Shown here: positions 29,010 through 50,499 of the stretch, in pieces
How positions within the stretch are numbered: position 1 is the first letter of the stretch
How the letters are laid out: every line of letters begins with the position of its first letter
Assembly (NCBI RefSeq): GCF_009914755.1
Contig: NC_060937.1
Reading direction: 5' to 3' (one strand)
Origin: the human T2T-CHM13v2.0 reference genome, Homo sapiens
DNA length: 64,000 nucleotides
The notes under the pieces: model-generated
Databases searched by the model: none
Told to the model about the DNA's origin: nothing
What the model saw: the letters and a program-made list of their open reading frames with translations, nothing else
Made by a program: the position numbers and the translations under genes

Positions 29010-29343
29010 CTATCCAAAAAAGAAATTGGGTAAACTGATAAATAATTTCTCCCTACGTTTCCACAGTACACAGGATAAAAATGCTTTATCTTGAATAGTA
29101 AGTCATTTTCCAAAATTAAGTCTGTGCTAGTCTAAATAAATAACCTGAGTTTTAGGTAAAATAGAAGTTAAAAACAACCAAAAAAAAAAAAAAAAAGGCA
29201 AAGCCACTGTTACCGCTTATCAAACAGAATACAAAAAGACCTGTGTGCACTTCCTCTTCTCAACAGTATCAGTGTAAATATCAAACACTAAATTACGCTG
29301 GCTTATCTATTTGACAAATATTAGTGCCTCATACATCACATAA

Positions 29344-29631
29344 CAGTCATGCACTGCATAATGATGTTGGTCAACAAAGGGCTGCATGTCAAGGCAGTGG
29401 TCCCATAAGATTATGATGGAGCTGAAAAATTCCCACCACATACAGACATCACCGTAGTTATAACACCGTAGCACAATTACTTTATTTTTTTAAATGAATT
29501 TAGCGTACCATACAGCCTAAGTGTGTAGTAAGCTATACCATCTAGGTTTGTGGAAGTGCACTCTATGATGTTCACACAAGGATGAAAATGCCTAGTGATG
29601 TATTTCTCTGAACTTAAGTGATGGATGACTG
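29344..29631. mobile_element. Tigger3-type DNA transposon remnant
   Basis: Terminal cagtcatgc ... gatgactg inverted ends; internal gtggtcccataagattat...gagctgaaaaattcc. Confidence 0.75.
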
Positions 29632-29784
29632 TGTCTGTATATTAACCGGCTAACTGGTACATTAGCTGGAGGACAGAAGACACAAACTACCTAGATGACA
29701 CAAATATTCTTTGACTGATATGATTTCAGGGGGACAGTGTCTGGTACTCCAACGTATGAGGGCATTTATACATGGGACACATAG

Positions 29785-29990
29785 AGCCCTGTGGTTAAGA
29801 GCATGGAATCTGGAGTCAGACTATGTAATTCTGCTTACTCACTAAATACTTCTCAATGCCTCAATTCTTTCACTGGTTAAATATGGGGGTAAGGCAAAGC
29901 AGCTTCTCATACATATGTTAAAAGGACAAATAACATAAGTGAAGTGCTTAGAATAGAGGTCTGGTACACAGTCAACACTATAAGCTTTTG
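29785..29990. mobile_element. MIR
   Basis: gtggttaagagcatgg..tctggagtcagac ... aagtgcttagaa. Confidence 0.65.
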
Positions 29991-31080
29991 TGAAATGATA
30001 TCGCTGTCTAGCAATATACTCTGTGACCTAATGGGTCCCTCAATTAGAGGGTTGACTTCCATGTGAGGCAGAGGAAAAGAAAACAGTAAATACAAGTTCC
30101 TGGAAGAAATCTGCAATGTCTAAAAAAGTACACTTATAAGCCTCATGATTAGGAAGAAATGAAATCATTTTCATAAAATGATTTAGAAGCAACTCACCTT
30201 AGGTCCTTATTATAGATATGACCTATTTAAAAGACAGGTTATCTTTTAAGGTCTCATGGAATACGAATGAAGTAAGAAAGTTCTTCCTTACATATCAAAA
30301 GGGATTTAGATCACTCTTACCAATAAAATATAAGCAATAAGAAGCATAAAGATTGTACGAATCCAATTTAAAACCTCATTGGTAAACAGACATTAATAAA
30401 CTGGCTAAGGAAAGCCTACTCAACACGTGTGAAAAGCGGGAAAAAAAATTTTAAATAAATACATAAAAGCCTACAACTTCTGTATTGTGACAATTTTAAT
30501 AATTTTTTCCAATAAGGCAAATAAAACTGACAAGCAAGACCGCTTTTCTCTCCACTCCTGAGGCAGATAAGAAATGAGTGTTTAATCAATCATGGTTTTT
30601 AACTGGACTATAAATTCTAGGAGCCATAATAACTCTGTCTTGTTCCCCTTCACACTGTATACTTACTGGCACTACTGCATAAACACTGAAATAAGTTTTT
30701 TCAAAAAAAGATATTAGAAAGTGAATACTGAAAATTAAAAGCGTTACAGAAGTACACATCCAGAGGAACTATATAAATGGCCTTCAAAGTCCAAGTATGA
30801 ACAAAAGCCAATCTAGTAAAGCATTTAATAAAATGGTTAACATTTGGGATAAGGCATTCAATAATGATTCATTGTGAAGTATTCACATATTCAAAATAAA
30901 GAACTCTAGAGCTAAAAAGTCGTATTCAAATAGTTTAGTTCTTTAATTTATGTGCACATATTTTTGTTTAGACAGTTCTTAATCCTGAATATTTAATTTT
31001 AATTGAAGTCTTCAGTATTGTATTTTTCTTTAATTAACAAAGTGTTGATGATATTGAAATGTCTACCTCAGGCACTATAC

Positions 31081-31209
31081 CTGGTCTGTATGGTTTCCTT
31101 TTTCTCTTTTTGACACCATCTGTTCCTTCCACTCCCTTAGTTTCATCATTCACAGCTTCCCGCTCAGGACTAGATTCTGATTTTCCATCACAATCCATAA
31201 GTTCTCCTT
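31081..31209 (-). pseudogene. KMT2C-like exon (~24), 129 nt, GELMDCDGKSESSPEREAVNDETKGVEGTDGVKKRKRKPYRP
   Basis: ag/gt intact, frame open. Confidence 0.9.
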
Positions 31210-32627
31210 CTGGAAAAAAGTAAATGTATACACAAAACTGGAAAAACCTATCAAATATATAATCCCTACATCATGGGGAATAAAAAGTAGGGTTGTTGCT
31301 GAGCCATTTTAATTGTACATCCCTGTTGGTAGGGAAAGTATGAAAGGAGATAGAAGCAGCCCCAAATGGTTCTAGAAATTGTGCTGCTTAGTGCAGTGTT
31401 CCCATGAAATAAAACATAATCAGAGAAGGGGAACACAGAACTCAGAGTTCTGTTAAGTGCAACCCATTTGCACTTAACAAATTCACTTGCTTTTAATTAT
31501 GTCTTCAGGTCCAGGTCTCTAGACTAGAACTCTCTTCTGAGCTTCAACCACAGCTATAATTGAATATTACCTAGTTACTGAAAACTGTGTATCCAAAATG
31601 AACTACTAATTTAAAATAAACTTTCTCCTTTTTCCCATGTTACCTATCATCATTAAAAGGCATGGAAATGTAACCTGGAGAAGACAGAGGCCTGGAAGAC
31701 CACCTTAATCATTCCTAATCTCTTTCCTCCTACAACCAAGACTCCTCAATACCTCTGAAATGCATTTTATCACTCTCTACTACCATCTTAGTCCAACCTC
31801 AGATGACTCACTATTAATACAATATGCTCCTATCTAGTTGCCCACCTCAAAGCTTACCTCTCTCCAATCAATTCTTTAAGTTACTGCATAAATGATCTTT
31901 CTATAAATATGTATCAATTTTCTGCTTAAAATCCTTTCATGTCTTCCCAATGCCCTCAAAATAAACTTCAAATTACAAGGCCCATTACAACAGTCTCTTG
32001 TAAACTTTCCAGCTTCATCTCACTCCCACCAGGGAACTATACTCAGTTCTTTGAATGTATCAAGCTCTTTCTTCCACTATCTTCCCCAATTTCTGCCTTC
32101 TACCTAACTTATCTTTCAGGATTTATTCTAAACTTCACTGTATTAAAGAATTCCTGATATTTAGATAAGATTATGTCAAACAGTTGTATGCTCGTATGTA
32201 TGAACGTCATGCTTCATTTTTATTGGTTCTTTAAAATCTGTGTCCCTGCTAGACTATATTCTCCATGAGAACAGGTACACAGATTTTCTTAGTAACAGGT
32301 GCATTGTTAGTAGGATACCTAATACATGTTCAATAAATACTTCACTGAATGAGGTAAATGGAATGCTTACAGAATGCTATTTTAGAGAATGCTATTTTAA
32401 CACTATGGTAATCAAACTTTTCCAAGTTATATATGCTTTACATTGTATTACAGGAAAAAGATATGTTTATCAAATACATTTTAAAATCAAGTTGTTAACT
32501 CCTTCAATATTCTCAGTATTAGAGATAACATATTTCTGTAATGGCATGAACAGGGTATTTGTCTTTTCTTTTTTATTATATTTGGTCTATATTTAAGGCC
32601 AATTCCATAACAATCTGATAATGGCTA

Positions 32628-33290
<663 letters not shown>

Positions 33291-34334
33291 ATTACTGAAA
33301 AAAACAAGCACCAAAGATGACAATACCAATTGTTTACCTTCAAATAAACCCACCTAAAAGTTAATGACAGGGAATTTTGGGTTAAGGTGGCAGACTAAAT
33401 TCATACATTAAAATTACATTCTCCTGAAACCCTACTAAAAACACACTGAAATAATCTATTTTTAAAAGATAAAATCAAGCTGTGGCATGGTGGCATGCCT
33501 GTAATCCCAGCTAGTTGGGAGGCTGAGGTGGGAGAAGAGAATTGCTTGAGCCCAGAAGGTTGAGGCTACAGTGAGTTATGATCACACTACTGCATTCCAG
33601 CCTGGACAACAGAGAAAGACCCAATCTCCTTAAAAAAAAAAAAAAAAAAAGACAATAGGAAAGGAGAAAAACAAGTTAACGAAGGCAAATTCTCAGTTGA
33701 GAGCAGAAAGAACTGAAAAAAAGAATCCAGTTTATAACAATCCTCAGAAGGCTGAGAAACTAGGAAAACTGGCCACCTTTGGAAATAAGTGGGAGAAAAC
33801 TGAAGCAACAAGAGATTTAATTATCTGCAGAAGTTATACTCCCTACACCTGCTTCCTAGGTTTACACACTGAGAAGCTGCTACTCTCATTTGTGGGATGA
33901 GGATTCCTGGGTGACCTTAAATGGAACAATGGGATGAAGATCGAAAATAGGACCAAGAAAATATGGGCATACTAATTGTGGACAACCCCATTCTGCTCCC
34001 GCTGCCGGACCCCACATTTCCCCACTGAATTCTCAGAAAGCTAGCAGCCAGATCTCTAGCCTCCAAGTATGAGGTTTGAAAAGACTGTTGTGGGGAACCT
34101 GATCAGTTCAAGAAGAACATCTAAAGATACTGAAACCAGAGGGTTCACCAAATGGTCAGCACAAATCACCCCACTAAACTTACAAATCGACAAGCACCGC
34201 CACATACTCAAAGCTTTCTAATCAACTACTTAATTCCTTTTTTAAAAATAAAAATACTATCTATCCAGTCTCCATCTTTAGTTCTTCACTTTTAATCATG
34301 CATGTACCATAAAGATTATCTGACAATGGTCTAT

Positions 34335-34550
34335 AACAAGCTTGTCCAACCTGCAGCCAAGATGCTTTAAATGCAGCCCAACACAAATTCATAAACTTTC
34401 ATAAAACATTATGAGACTTTTTATGAGGTTTTTTTTTTTTTTTTTTAAAAAAAAGCTCACCAGCTATCATTAGTGTATTTTACATGTGGCCCAAGACAAT
34501 GCTTCTTCCAATGTGGGCCATGGAAGCCAGAAGATCTGCAACACCCTTGA
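34335..34550. mobile_element. MER30-type DNA transposon
   Basis: caacacaaattcataaactttc ... gtggcccaagacaatgcttcttccaatgtgg. Confidence 0.75.
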
Positions 34551-35660
34551 TCTGTAACATAAAAGACAGAGACCTGAGAACATAAAAGACAATTTGGAAT
34601 TAACAGACTAAGTAGGAAGAAAAAAAAATCTTCAAAAAGATTAAAATCCTCTGAGGGATAATATAAGATACCCTTGAGGCAAGAATAGGATGCTACAAAA
34701 GAAACATTCAAAGGGAGGAAAGAAAGCTCTTGAAATAACTGAAATAAAAACAAAACTCAGCGGGAGATAAAATAAGGACATGAATTGGAAAGAAGCAGAG
34801 AAAAACTGAGTATGTTTCACATCTGAAAAGCAGAATTCTGGAAAAAGAGAGGGAATTGTTATCAATAATATAGCTCAAGAACATTTCCTACCACTGAAGG
34901 ATATAAGACAGCAGACTGAAAGAGACCACTCAGTGCCTAACGAAACAGATTTTAAATATCAAAAATAGACAAAAACAGACGTTATCCTCATGAAATTTTA
35001 GAACACTGAGGACAAAGAATTTCCTAAAATCTTAAGAGCTTCCAAGAAAACACAGGTCACATAGAAAAAACCGAGTTCTTCATATACTAGAAACTAAAAG
35101 ACAGTGGATCAATTGACTAAAAATGATAAATGAAAATGTATTTCCAACCTGGAAAAGATGAGTCAGGTAGGAAGGTAAAATAAAGACATTTTCAGAAGTA
35201 TATAATGCTCAAAACTTACCTTCCACACATTCTCTGTCAGGGAGCTATGGAAGATACGTTCCACCCAAATTGAGGGAAGAAATAAAGAGAAATTCATGAA
35301 ATTGCAGAAAACACATGTAACACAGGAGAGAACAGAAGATGATCTCCAGGATGATGAAGAGGAAATCCCCAAGTTAATCATATGTAATGGTTTGTGGCCA
35401 AGGATAGCACTGGATCTAGCACAAAGGCCACCTTTCACCTGAAACAATGCACACAAGGACAGTAAAAACCAAGAGAGCACTTTTATTGATGAGGTTCACA
35501 GTGACACCAGTAAGCATACATGTTGAGACAAATGGCATAAAGTAGCACATACAGTGCCCTAACACAAGTGGTATCACTGTAGGCTAAAGTCTCTTCTAAC
35601 CAACATCTTCACAAGGGCCTTCTGATTCCCACAGGCTGAAATAAAGAAAAAGACTGTTAT

Positions 35661-36025
<365 letters not shown>

Positions 36026-36224
36026 GACCGTTATCACCCAAATATGAGAAATTCTCCCATATATACATACTTGTATCTAGATGACTAATCTCTGGAAAGT
36101 TATAAGAAAACACTGGTTCTTTCCAAGGAAGGGATGGCCAAAAGGTAGGCTAACTTAACATTGTTCACTCTTTTTAAGACCTTTGTATTTCTTGTATCAT
36201 GCACAGGTATTGCCTATTCAAAAA

Positions 36225-38990
<2,766 letters not shown>

Positions 38991-39136
38991 TGTATCCTAC
39001 CTGCCAAAAACAGTTTCAAATGCATTATGTCTTTGGATTTAGCAAGGAATTCACCTTTGCAGGCCCACTTACATACAACATTATAAATATACCAGGTGAT
39101 TCATTGTACTATTCACAGTAAAAGATTGAAAGAAAG

Positions 39137-39648
<512 letters not shown>

Positions 39649-42024
39649 TTACACGAGAAACCTCTGAGGTTTCTGGAGATGTAAACTGGGGGCATGAAGG
39701 CAGGGGAAAGGGAGAGACTTCACTGTTTACCTTTTTATTATTTTCCAATTTTAAATCATTTGAATGTATAACTTGTCTAAAAATCAAATTTTAAAAGTTG
39801 AGGGAATTAACATTACAGAAAGTAACAAACCTCAAGGAAGCAGCCACCTTCACCAGATGGACAGTCTACCTCACTCTTCCCACGCTCCAGTAGTTACTGA
39901 ATGCCAGTCCCCTCCCTCCATTCAGTCTGCCCCACCTGCTGGCCTTCTAGAGCCTCAGTGCAGTCCTATTCCTACACCTCCAAACACATCCATACACTGT
40001 GATGGTCGATCTGCGACCACCAGTTGAGAGGAAATGTGTTGTGTTTCCACACTTCAGACAAACAGAGTGTTATTTTATTGAGGTTTGGGATTTTTTTCTT
40101 GCATTAACAGGGTTTCTAGATCCCAGTAGGTGAATGAGAAAGAAGTATGCTTTTATTGCGTAAGGAATTTGTTTCTGATACACCAAAGTGATAATGTATG
40201 ACTTTTCTTAAAGAAGTGGTTATTAGAAGAGTTAAAAATCAATAGAAACAAAAAGTCATAGGTATTGTTCCAATACTCCAGGAACATCACAATTTGGATT
40301 CTGTAGATGTGTGTAATATAATGTGTAATATTACATTCTGACAACCTCAAGTTGAAAACTGCACAGCTGAAGATCACTTATAGTCAATAACACTTTTCAA
40401 ACTTTAATTTTAAATTCATCAAGTCTCTCCCTAATGTAACATACTTTTTAATAAAGGAAACTGTCAGAGATGCTATAATACAGAGGAAAACGTTTATATA
40501 CTCTTTCATTATAATTTTTCCACAACTTCCAAAATGAAGAAAAAGACATGGAAACATTAAGTTCAGAGAATAATTGTGGCAGACAATTCCCTCCTCCTGA
40601 AAGTTCAGTTACCCCAACACAGGCATAATTTCTTACTGTCTCAAAAGGAACTGAATTCACATATAAAGACAAACGTGGGATTTTGTTGAGTTCTGTTGGA
40701 CACAGAACACAATTGCTCAAGCACTGGTTGGGCACTTGTATTCTAATAGCTCACGGTTACTGAGCACTCCATGTCTGGGAAGAGCCAGTGCTGGGTGCCT
40801 GGCATGCATCCTTGCACCTCATCAGCACAACTATCCTATGGGCTCATCCTGGTTCACCTATTTTATAAATGAGAACACTAACATCAGAGAAGTTAAAAAA
40901 TTTGCCTAAAAACATCCAGAGTAGGTTTCATCGTTGCCCACTACTTTATAATGCTTTCCCAAGGGTACTGAGACGTTATCAAAACATGTTAGTGAAACAG
41001 TCTAAAACATCACAAATTTTAGGTTTAATACAAAATACCCAGAAAATGGCAGCATTATTAGAAATCTCAGCATAATGTAATAATAAGAACTTATGATGAT
41101 TGTATTCTTTTCCTATTTTTTCTCCCGTACAGGCATATGAAAAACCATAAAACTTATTTTAGGGGTGTGTGTGTCCATGTAGTTTCAGGATAATATAGTA
41201 ATCTAAAACATTTTTAATATGGCAAAGTGTGGCAATACTAAATTTTTAAAAAGGATTTTTATTTAGCAAACAGAAAGCAAAAATGTTGTCCAAGAAACAT
41301 GCATTTATTTTATCCCTAGGAATGTACCTTTCCTTCTGCAAAGGATGTGAGATCCTGGCATGCAAATGAACATGAGGATACAGTATATTCAATTCCTTAA
41401 ATTCTAAAATTGTCTTAGCATTTAACATCCAACACACTAAACAATCTTTTTTCATATTCAATAAAAATAAGGACAAATTCAGTAAATTCAGATGGGCTAT
41501 TTTATCACGTAAATTTTAAAGAAGCAAGGGTAATTTTTCAACTGATTTTCTTTTACCCTGATACGAGTCAATGAGAAAATATGAAATTGAAACATATCAC
41601 CATTTCTCAGTGTTTACAAGTGGTAAGTCACAAGGAAAACCTTCCAAGGTCTTCTGTGTTGTTTTTAAAAGGTATTATAATCACATAATTTGGGAAACAA
41701 TGTGTACTATTATCAAGAAACCTTTCATATTTTGTGAAATGAAGCACTTCCCAAATTTAAGAGACTATGGAAACCTTTTTCAGACATTTTTTAACATCCT
41801 CAGAAGTGGAAATTCTTGTTAATGCTGATCTGATCAATTCCTCCAAGTATATGGACTACTTCTTTGCAAACTCCAAGCCCCCAAATCAAATTACCTGTTC
41901 AACTGTATCTGAAAATCAGTTACATAAAAGCATCAGAAAGTGTTTCTCCCAGCAACATAGACCCAAAACACACTACAAAACAAAAATTATCAAGAACATA
42001 CAAAAGACATATTTTTTCATGTAT

Positions 42025-43850
<1,826 letters not shown>

Positions 43851-44342
43851 AATTCAGCTGGAAAAACCTTATATTTACTTTGATTAAGAAAATGTTTTTA
43901 AACCAATACTTTATGATGCACACTGGTGAATATGAAGTTATACCTGAAGTAATATTAAATGACAGCTTTTCCATTTCTAGAATGTATGCATCAACTACCT
44001 TAACTTAAACATGGTATTATCCAAGCTCACAGTATCTGAGAAGGTTTGTGTCATTATCTAGCAAACTAAAGTCAAGCCCTCTGTAGTTCCCCACCTGTGA
44101 TCTTCAAAGATATGGTGCTCCTTGAGATTTCTGTAAGGTAGGTCTGTTCTAAAATGTGTGAAAGGAAGAGAACCCGAAAAGGCAAGGTCTAAGAAGATCA
44201 CTCATTTGGAGATGGCAAGGGTCACATCGGGGTTATCTAAGTCAGTGTGATTTACCCTTTGGTAAATCATACACATATTTCAAAAGTTACTTTATATGCT
44301 GTAATTCTTGCACTAATTTCATGGAAAATAAATTAGTATTAC

Positions 44343-44555
44343 CTCGACTATCATCCATATCACCATCCCTTGAATGTTCTGATTGGATGTCTGGAGGGGT
44401 CTGAAGGACGGCCACGCTATTCTGATTTATAATCTTCAATTTCAGTTTTGGTTTTGACAGTTTTCTTCTTGGAACTGTAACTGTGAGGCTCTGTAACTGA
44501 GTCATCCCTGATTCAATCAAACACACATCATCCTGGGTATAAGTCTTGGGTGGGT
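44343..44555 (-). pseudogene. KMT2C-like exon (~23), 213 nt, PPKTYTQDDVCLIESGMTQLQSL...DMDDSR
   Basis: Lies within ORF 44287-44583; ag/gt intact. Confidence 0.92.
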
Positions 44556-44791
44556 CTAAAATTACAAAATCCCAAGAATACAAATTTAAACTTTCATTTT
44601 AAATTTGACTGATTACTGTTCCAAAATACCCATGTCAAGGGAATGTGACTGTAGTTCTAGAAAACAATTATGTATCTATGAAATGCATGAATAATTAACT
44701 TCATGATACCCAATAAAAACTAGGAACAATAGGTCAAACTTCCTTGGATTATAGGCAGAAATGTTACATGTTTTTAAAAAATGGTCTTCCT

Positions 44792-45123
<332 letters not shown>

Positions 45124-45821
45124 TTAGAAGCACTGCAAATAAATGCAATGCTCAGCTAATCCACTATGAGCTTTTTCCTGGAAAAGATCAAAAGGCAGGG
45201 ATCTATTTACACAAGAGGAGAGAGAATACTCCAGAAGCTCATCTGGAAAAATCAGAGTATCAACATAATTACTAACAGGGAGAAGTAATAAATAAGTACA
45301 AATCCTGCAGATTTAATTTTAAACATACAAAACTGTTGTTCCTTAGAACAATTCCTGTACTATCCAAATGTTTTTGTATCAGGTGCTATTAAATACAAGT
45401 ATTCAAAAGAATGACTGTTTAATAAGAATATCATATTAATCACCATACTAGGCTTATTAATTATTTTAAAAAATTAAGAGATTGAATTAATTCTAAAAGA
45501 AATCTGCTTGCTAACTAGGCCGTATTTTCTGCTAACTGATAATTAAGCACAGTAATATATCAATGAAACCAAAGCAAGTATGGCATTAATGGTTATTCTA
45601 AGAGCTGTTATTTTTATTGCCAACTTGCTGAAATTTATAGGAATACTGCCCCAGTAAAGCTGGATGACATTTTATATATCATTGTGGAAATGATTACCAA
45701 CATTATGGAATTTGGATAGAACACCCATATGATTGAAGCAGATTTTAGAAGTGGTAAGCCAATTATGTAAAAATTAAGCAAAGTAAATTAATTAAATTAA
45801 GTAAAGCATTTCAAATTTTAC

Positions 45822-45887
45822 CTAGCTTTTTTACTTTTGTGACAATTTGTGCTACAAGTGAAGATCCACAGCAGTCTGAGGAAGGCA
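45822..45887 (-). pseudogene. KMT2C-like exon (~22), 66 nt, PSSDCCGSSLVAQIVTKVKKL
   Basis: ag/gt intact, frame open. Confidence 0.9.
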
Positions 45888-46394
45888 CTGAAATGAAAAA
45901 AAAAAAAAATCCAGGTAATTCTTTTCAGAAAAGGTAAAGTGTATTTACATACTTATATATGATTAAAATTTGTTTCTATACTCATTTTATTAAAATAAAT
46001 GTTTGAACACTAAAGTTAAAAGCACTTTTTAAAGCAACAACAAAACAAGAAGTGATGAAGGAAATACTCAAGTCATGGAGGAAAACCTGGCTAAGAAAGA
46101 ATCAACACATTGGATTTTGACATATTGTCAATAACTACAAGATCATGTTCCTTGGAAGCAAAATTATAGTTTACATCTAAAGTATATGCTTTTTATTGTT
46201 TCATGTAAATTGTTTTATAACAAGTTGTGATAAGTCATGTATAACCAACAATAATATTTTTCATAAAATACTTGTCAAAGTAAGTTTCACAAAGACAAAA
46301 TAGAGTAGAGCTAAGCTAATTCATTGGTTATGGACAGTAAGGTGCAAGAGAGTGGTACAAGAGTGCAGACTCACAGTTTAAATTATTCTGTTAC

Positions 46395-46504
46395 CATTAG
46401 ATGCAGGCATATAGGGTCTGCACATGTTACAATCAAAACCAATGTCTGCTACATTTTCCACTTCTTCCTCAGTATTTAAGTTCTGACGAACTGCATGCAT
46501 CCAT
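46395..46504 (-). pseudogene. KMT2C-like exon (~21), 110 nt, WMHAVRQNLNTEEEVENVADIGFDCNMCRPYMPASN
   Basis: ag/gt intact; the PHD HxxC motif reads HAVR (Cys lost). Confidence 0.9.
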
Positions 46505-47329
46505 CTAAAAAGACCATATTTGTACATTTTTTTTAAAAAATGGAATATACTGAGAACTGCTACCTTTTAAAACCTGTAACACTGAGTCTTCAAACTTAAA
46601 AGCCCTAAGCCTCACATGCTCCTCCTACCTTGCCCTTTTCTCCTAACTATCCCTAGTAACAGAAAAACTTTCATAGAGCTAAGGAGGAAATAAAAAGGAA
46701 TGAGAACAACTATTAGAGAGGAAGCAAAGCACATTACATAAGGAAGCTAATTATTTTATCATCATATATTAAATATTTCAAAGACAGCAAGGAAGCTAGT
46801 TAGGGCAAACACAAAGGTATTCAGAAAACTGCAAATGGCAGTGCTAGCATATATGGGCTCCAGGCAATGCATCTCACTTGAAGTAGACATATCTCATGGA
46901 AAGCGATGTTGAATGGTAATTGGGAAATAAAGTAAAAAGTTGTCTTGCAATGGAACAGATAATTAGTAGCCAGAGTCCCAAGAATACTGTACTACTGATA
47001 AAATAATACTATCAATATATGTTCACTGCTTAACTTCTAAAGAGTACAACAATATACCAATGAAAGCAAGGAAACATTCTTGATTTTGAAATTCCACATA
47101 ATTACGTAGGGAGGGCAGAAGGTGCTATCTAATACCTAGATATCTAGTATCTAGAGCTTTAAGAGAAAGTGGTTTAAGGAGAACAGAAAGTGTTAGATAT
47201 TTTTATAATCAATTAAAAGATTCAGAAACCCTTCATAAGAAACGGCATAGATGAAGGCAATAATTCTCCATCTAATTTCAAGGGATTCCTAAACCCTCAA
47301 AAAGGCCTAAATTAAAAATCTTTAGTCTT

Positions 47330-47653
<324 letters not shown>

Positions 47654-47840
47654 TTAGTCTGGAGTTGAGAATTCAAAACAGGAAATCAATTCTGTAAGAT
47701 TCTAGGTGACTAAAAATCTACAAGGCAAAAAGTTCTGTACCTAAAACTTGTGATTAAGGAAAAGCTATTTTCCTTTTTTTTTTTTTTTTGCTACATTTCA
47801 AAGAGAAAAGCTTTAAAAAGATGAAAAAATAGCACAATAT

Positions 47841-48005
47841 CTATCACATTGTCTACATTGCAGAATAAGATCTTCTTCTCTATAGTTTCAATAGCAGACT
47901 GGACAGGAAGATAAGCTTGCACAAGGAGCGCACTGTGTGTAATTGTTCTGCCATTCACATCTTAGACCTGCAGATGTTGCTCCACAGTGTCTGCACCAAA
48001 CACAC
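47841..48005 (-). pseudogene. KMT2C-like exon (~20), 165 nt, CVWCRHCGATSAGLRCEWQNNYTQCAPCASLSSCPVCY*NYREEDLILQCRQCD
   Basis: In-frame TGA at 47888-47890; donor reads AT instead of GT (47839-47840). Confidence 0.92.
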
Positions 48006-48260
48006 CTGAAATCCAAATCCCCCCGAAAAGTCTCCATTTTATTTTCTTAGTTATTCAGTAACTGTAATTCAGGAAGCTACATACGAACATAATGGGGCAA
48101 ATGATTTAATGTGTATGTGAAAATTTTTCTGCTTAGTGGTATGTATCATAGAATATGTGTATTATTCAATTAAATAGGTATGGCTAATTTTTAAAAACTA
48201 AAGTGGTATGAGAAAGCTCTGAACTTGAAAGACTAACAAGGCAAACAAACCCTAGAGAAC

Positions 48261-48447
48261 CATTTGCACTTCACTTCCAGCCTCCTTTGGGAACTGTCTG
48301 CAATGGAGGGTCTAGGCAGTAGGTGTGATAACTTATGTCACAATCATCACACAGCAGGAGTCTTCCTGGGTCAGTTGCCTTCCCACAGGCCTCACAAACA
48401 GTGCACTCAAGACACCTCCAACCTTTGCTAAGAACCACTTTAGTGAT
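48261..48447 (-). pseudogene. KMT2C-like exon (~19), PHD finger ITKVVLSKGWRCLECTVCEAC...GGWK*
   Basis: ORF 48271-48471; GGAAGTGAAGTGCAAATG shows a 5-bp duplication giving a stop and frameshift. Confidence 0.93.
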
Positions 48448-50047
48448 CTGTAAAAGAAACAACCAATCCATGTGATTTATGCATTAACCTAACATAATCA
48501 AATATACTATATAAATTAATATGGTGCTTATGTACCTAGAAGCAGAAAGGGGCAATCAACTAACATTTATTGAGCACCTACGGAGGCCCAATACTGGGTT
48601 GGGCATGTTCATACACGCTTTTAGGAGCCTACTGAGCAGAGTAATAGACAATGGCACATATTTTAATGCCTTTTTAAAGTCCACATAATTACCTTATGCT
48701 GTACATTTAATGTCCACTATATTTATAGATATAGTGACCAGATTTTAAAGAAATCAAGTAAGCTTCACTATTATTGATACATAATTGAAAATACATCAAC
48801 AAAATCTCCATCTACATTTCCATGCTTAGAATCAATAGAAAAAATACCAAAAAAAATTAATGTAAAGCATGAGTTCTTAGGGACATTTTATGATCTTAGA
48901 GGATTTCTATTTAGACTATGAAGCTAGGAATTCTGAAGTTCACATTCACCCCTCTGTTTATTCTCCCCTCTCTCAAGGGTATAAGTTAGCAGAATATTTG
49001 GGAATCTCCAAATCCCTAACAAACAACTGAAGGAAGCCACACCATGTAATATTAAGATTGCGGAACTTCTTAAAGATCTCAAAAGACTAGGATCCTCAGA
49101 CAGAACCAATCAAGTGCCCACATTATAATGAAACAGCAAGTAATGAGGGTACAGAATAAAAATTCAGATCATGAGGTACATGAAAGCCTAAAAGCTACCA
49201 GAGAAGAAAATAAAAGAGTTAAATTCAAAGGAACACCCATCAGAATGGCACAAAACTTCCCAACTCCAGATGCTAGAAGAGTATAAGTTTCCAATTCTAC
49301 AGGAAAATACTTTTCAAAGTACAATTCTCAACCTAGCTACACAAGCAACTATGTGTGAAGACAGAATACGTTGTAGACACAGGAAGATTCAAAATTCAGC
49401 TCCTTCATTCTCCTTCTAATAAAGTTACTTAGAGATATGCGGAACAGAATGAAGATGTATTACAAAGAAAAGGAAGACTTGGGATCTATAAATCAACAGA
49501 TCCAACAAAGGACATCAGGCCAGGGAAGTTTAAGGATGAGAACAACACACCCAGAAGCCACTGGCACATATCAGAGCAGGAGAAGGGAATGTCTAGAAGG
49601 AGGGTAGGACTTCTCCCAGAAAAAAACAGTACTTTAAAAAATAATCTTATATGATAGTTCTATAGTAGGCAAAAACAAAGAACGAATGGAGAGTCACTAT
49701 TACTTTCTTGTTATTAAAAACTCCATGAAAGACAAAAGAAACTCATAGTATACTGTTTAGATCTGCAGTGAACATTTACTGAGTCATAACCAACACCTTA
49801 TTAATTGAACTAAACATAGTAATACAACTATATTGGGAGAAGGAAGGAGGTGTATTTTAAGACCTAAATCAGAATTTATTTATTCATAGCAGAAAGTCAA
49901 CAAAATCTAGCATTGATAAAGCAGTAAACCAGTTGATTATTTAGAGCTATAGCATTAACCACAAGAAAAAAGACCTGAAAAGATTAAAAGTGATTGCCTC
50001 AGATGTGGAGGTAGAGTAAGACAAGAGTTGGTTGTTCATTACAAGGC

Positions 50048-50345
50048 CTTTTTTTTTTTTTTTTGAGATGGAATCTTGCTCTGTTGCCTGGGCTGGAGTG
50101 CAGTGGTGTGATCTCAGCTCACTGCAACCTCCGGCTCCCATGTTCAAATAATTCTCCTGGCTCAGCCTCCTGAGTAGCTAGGACTAGAGGAATGAGCCAC
50201 CACACTCGGCTAATTTTTGTATTTTTAGTAGAGATGGGGTTTTACTGTGTTGGCCAGGCTGGCTTGAACTCCTGCTCTCAAGTGATCCACCCGCCTCGGC
50301 CTCCCAAAGTGCTGGGATGACAGGTGTGAGGCACCACACCCGGCC
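50048..50345 (-). mobile_element. Alu
   Basis: Reverse Alu; TSD cattacaaggc. Confidence 0.9.
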
Positions 50346-50499
50346 CATTACAAGGCTTTTAATGTCATTTGATTTTTAAACATGTATATTCATTATTTTG
50401 ATTAGCTTATTGATTTTTAAGAATTTGTCTTAGATTACCAAGTTAGTATATTATTTGCCCAAATGAAGGAAATGGCCTGGGGTAAGATCAGGGTGGCTT

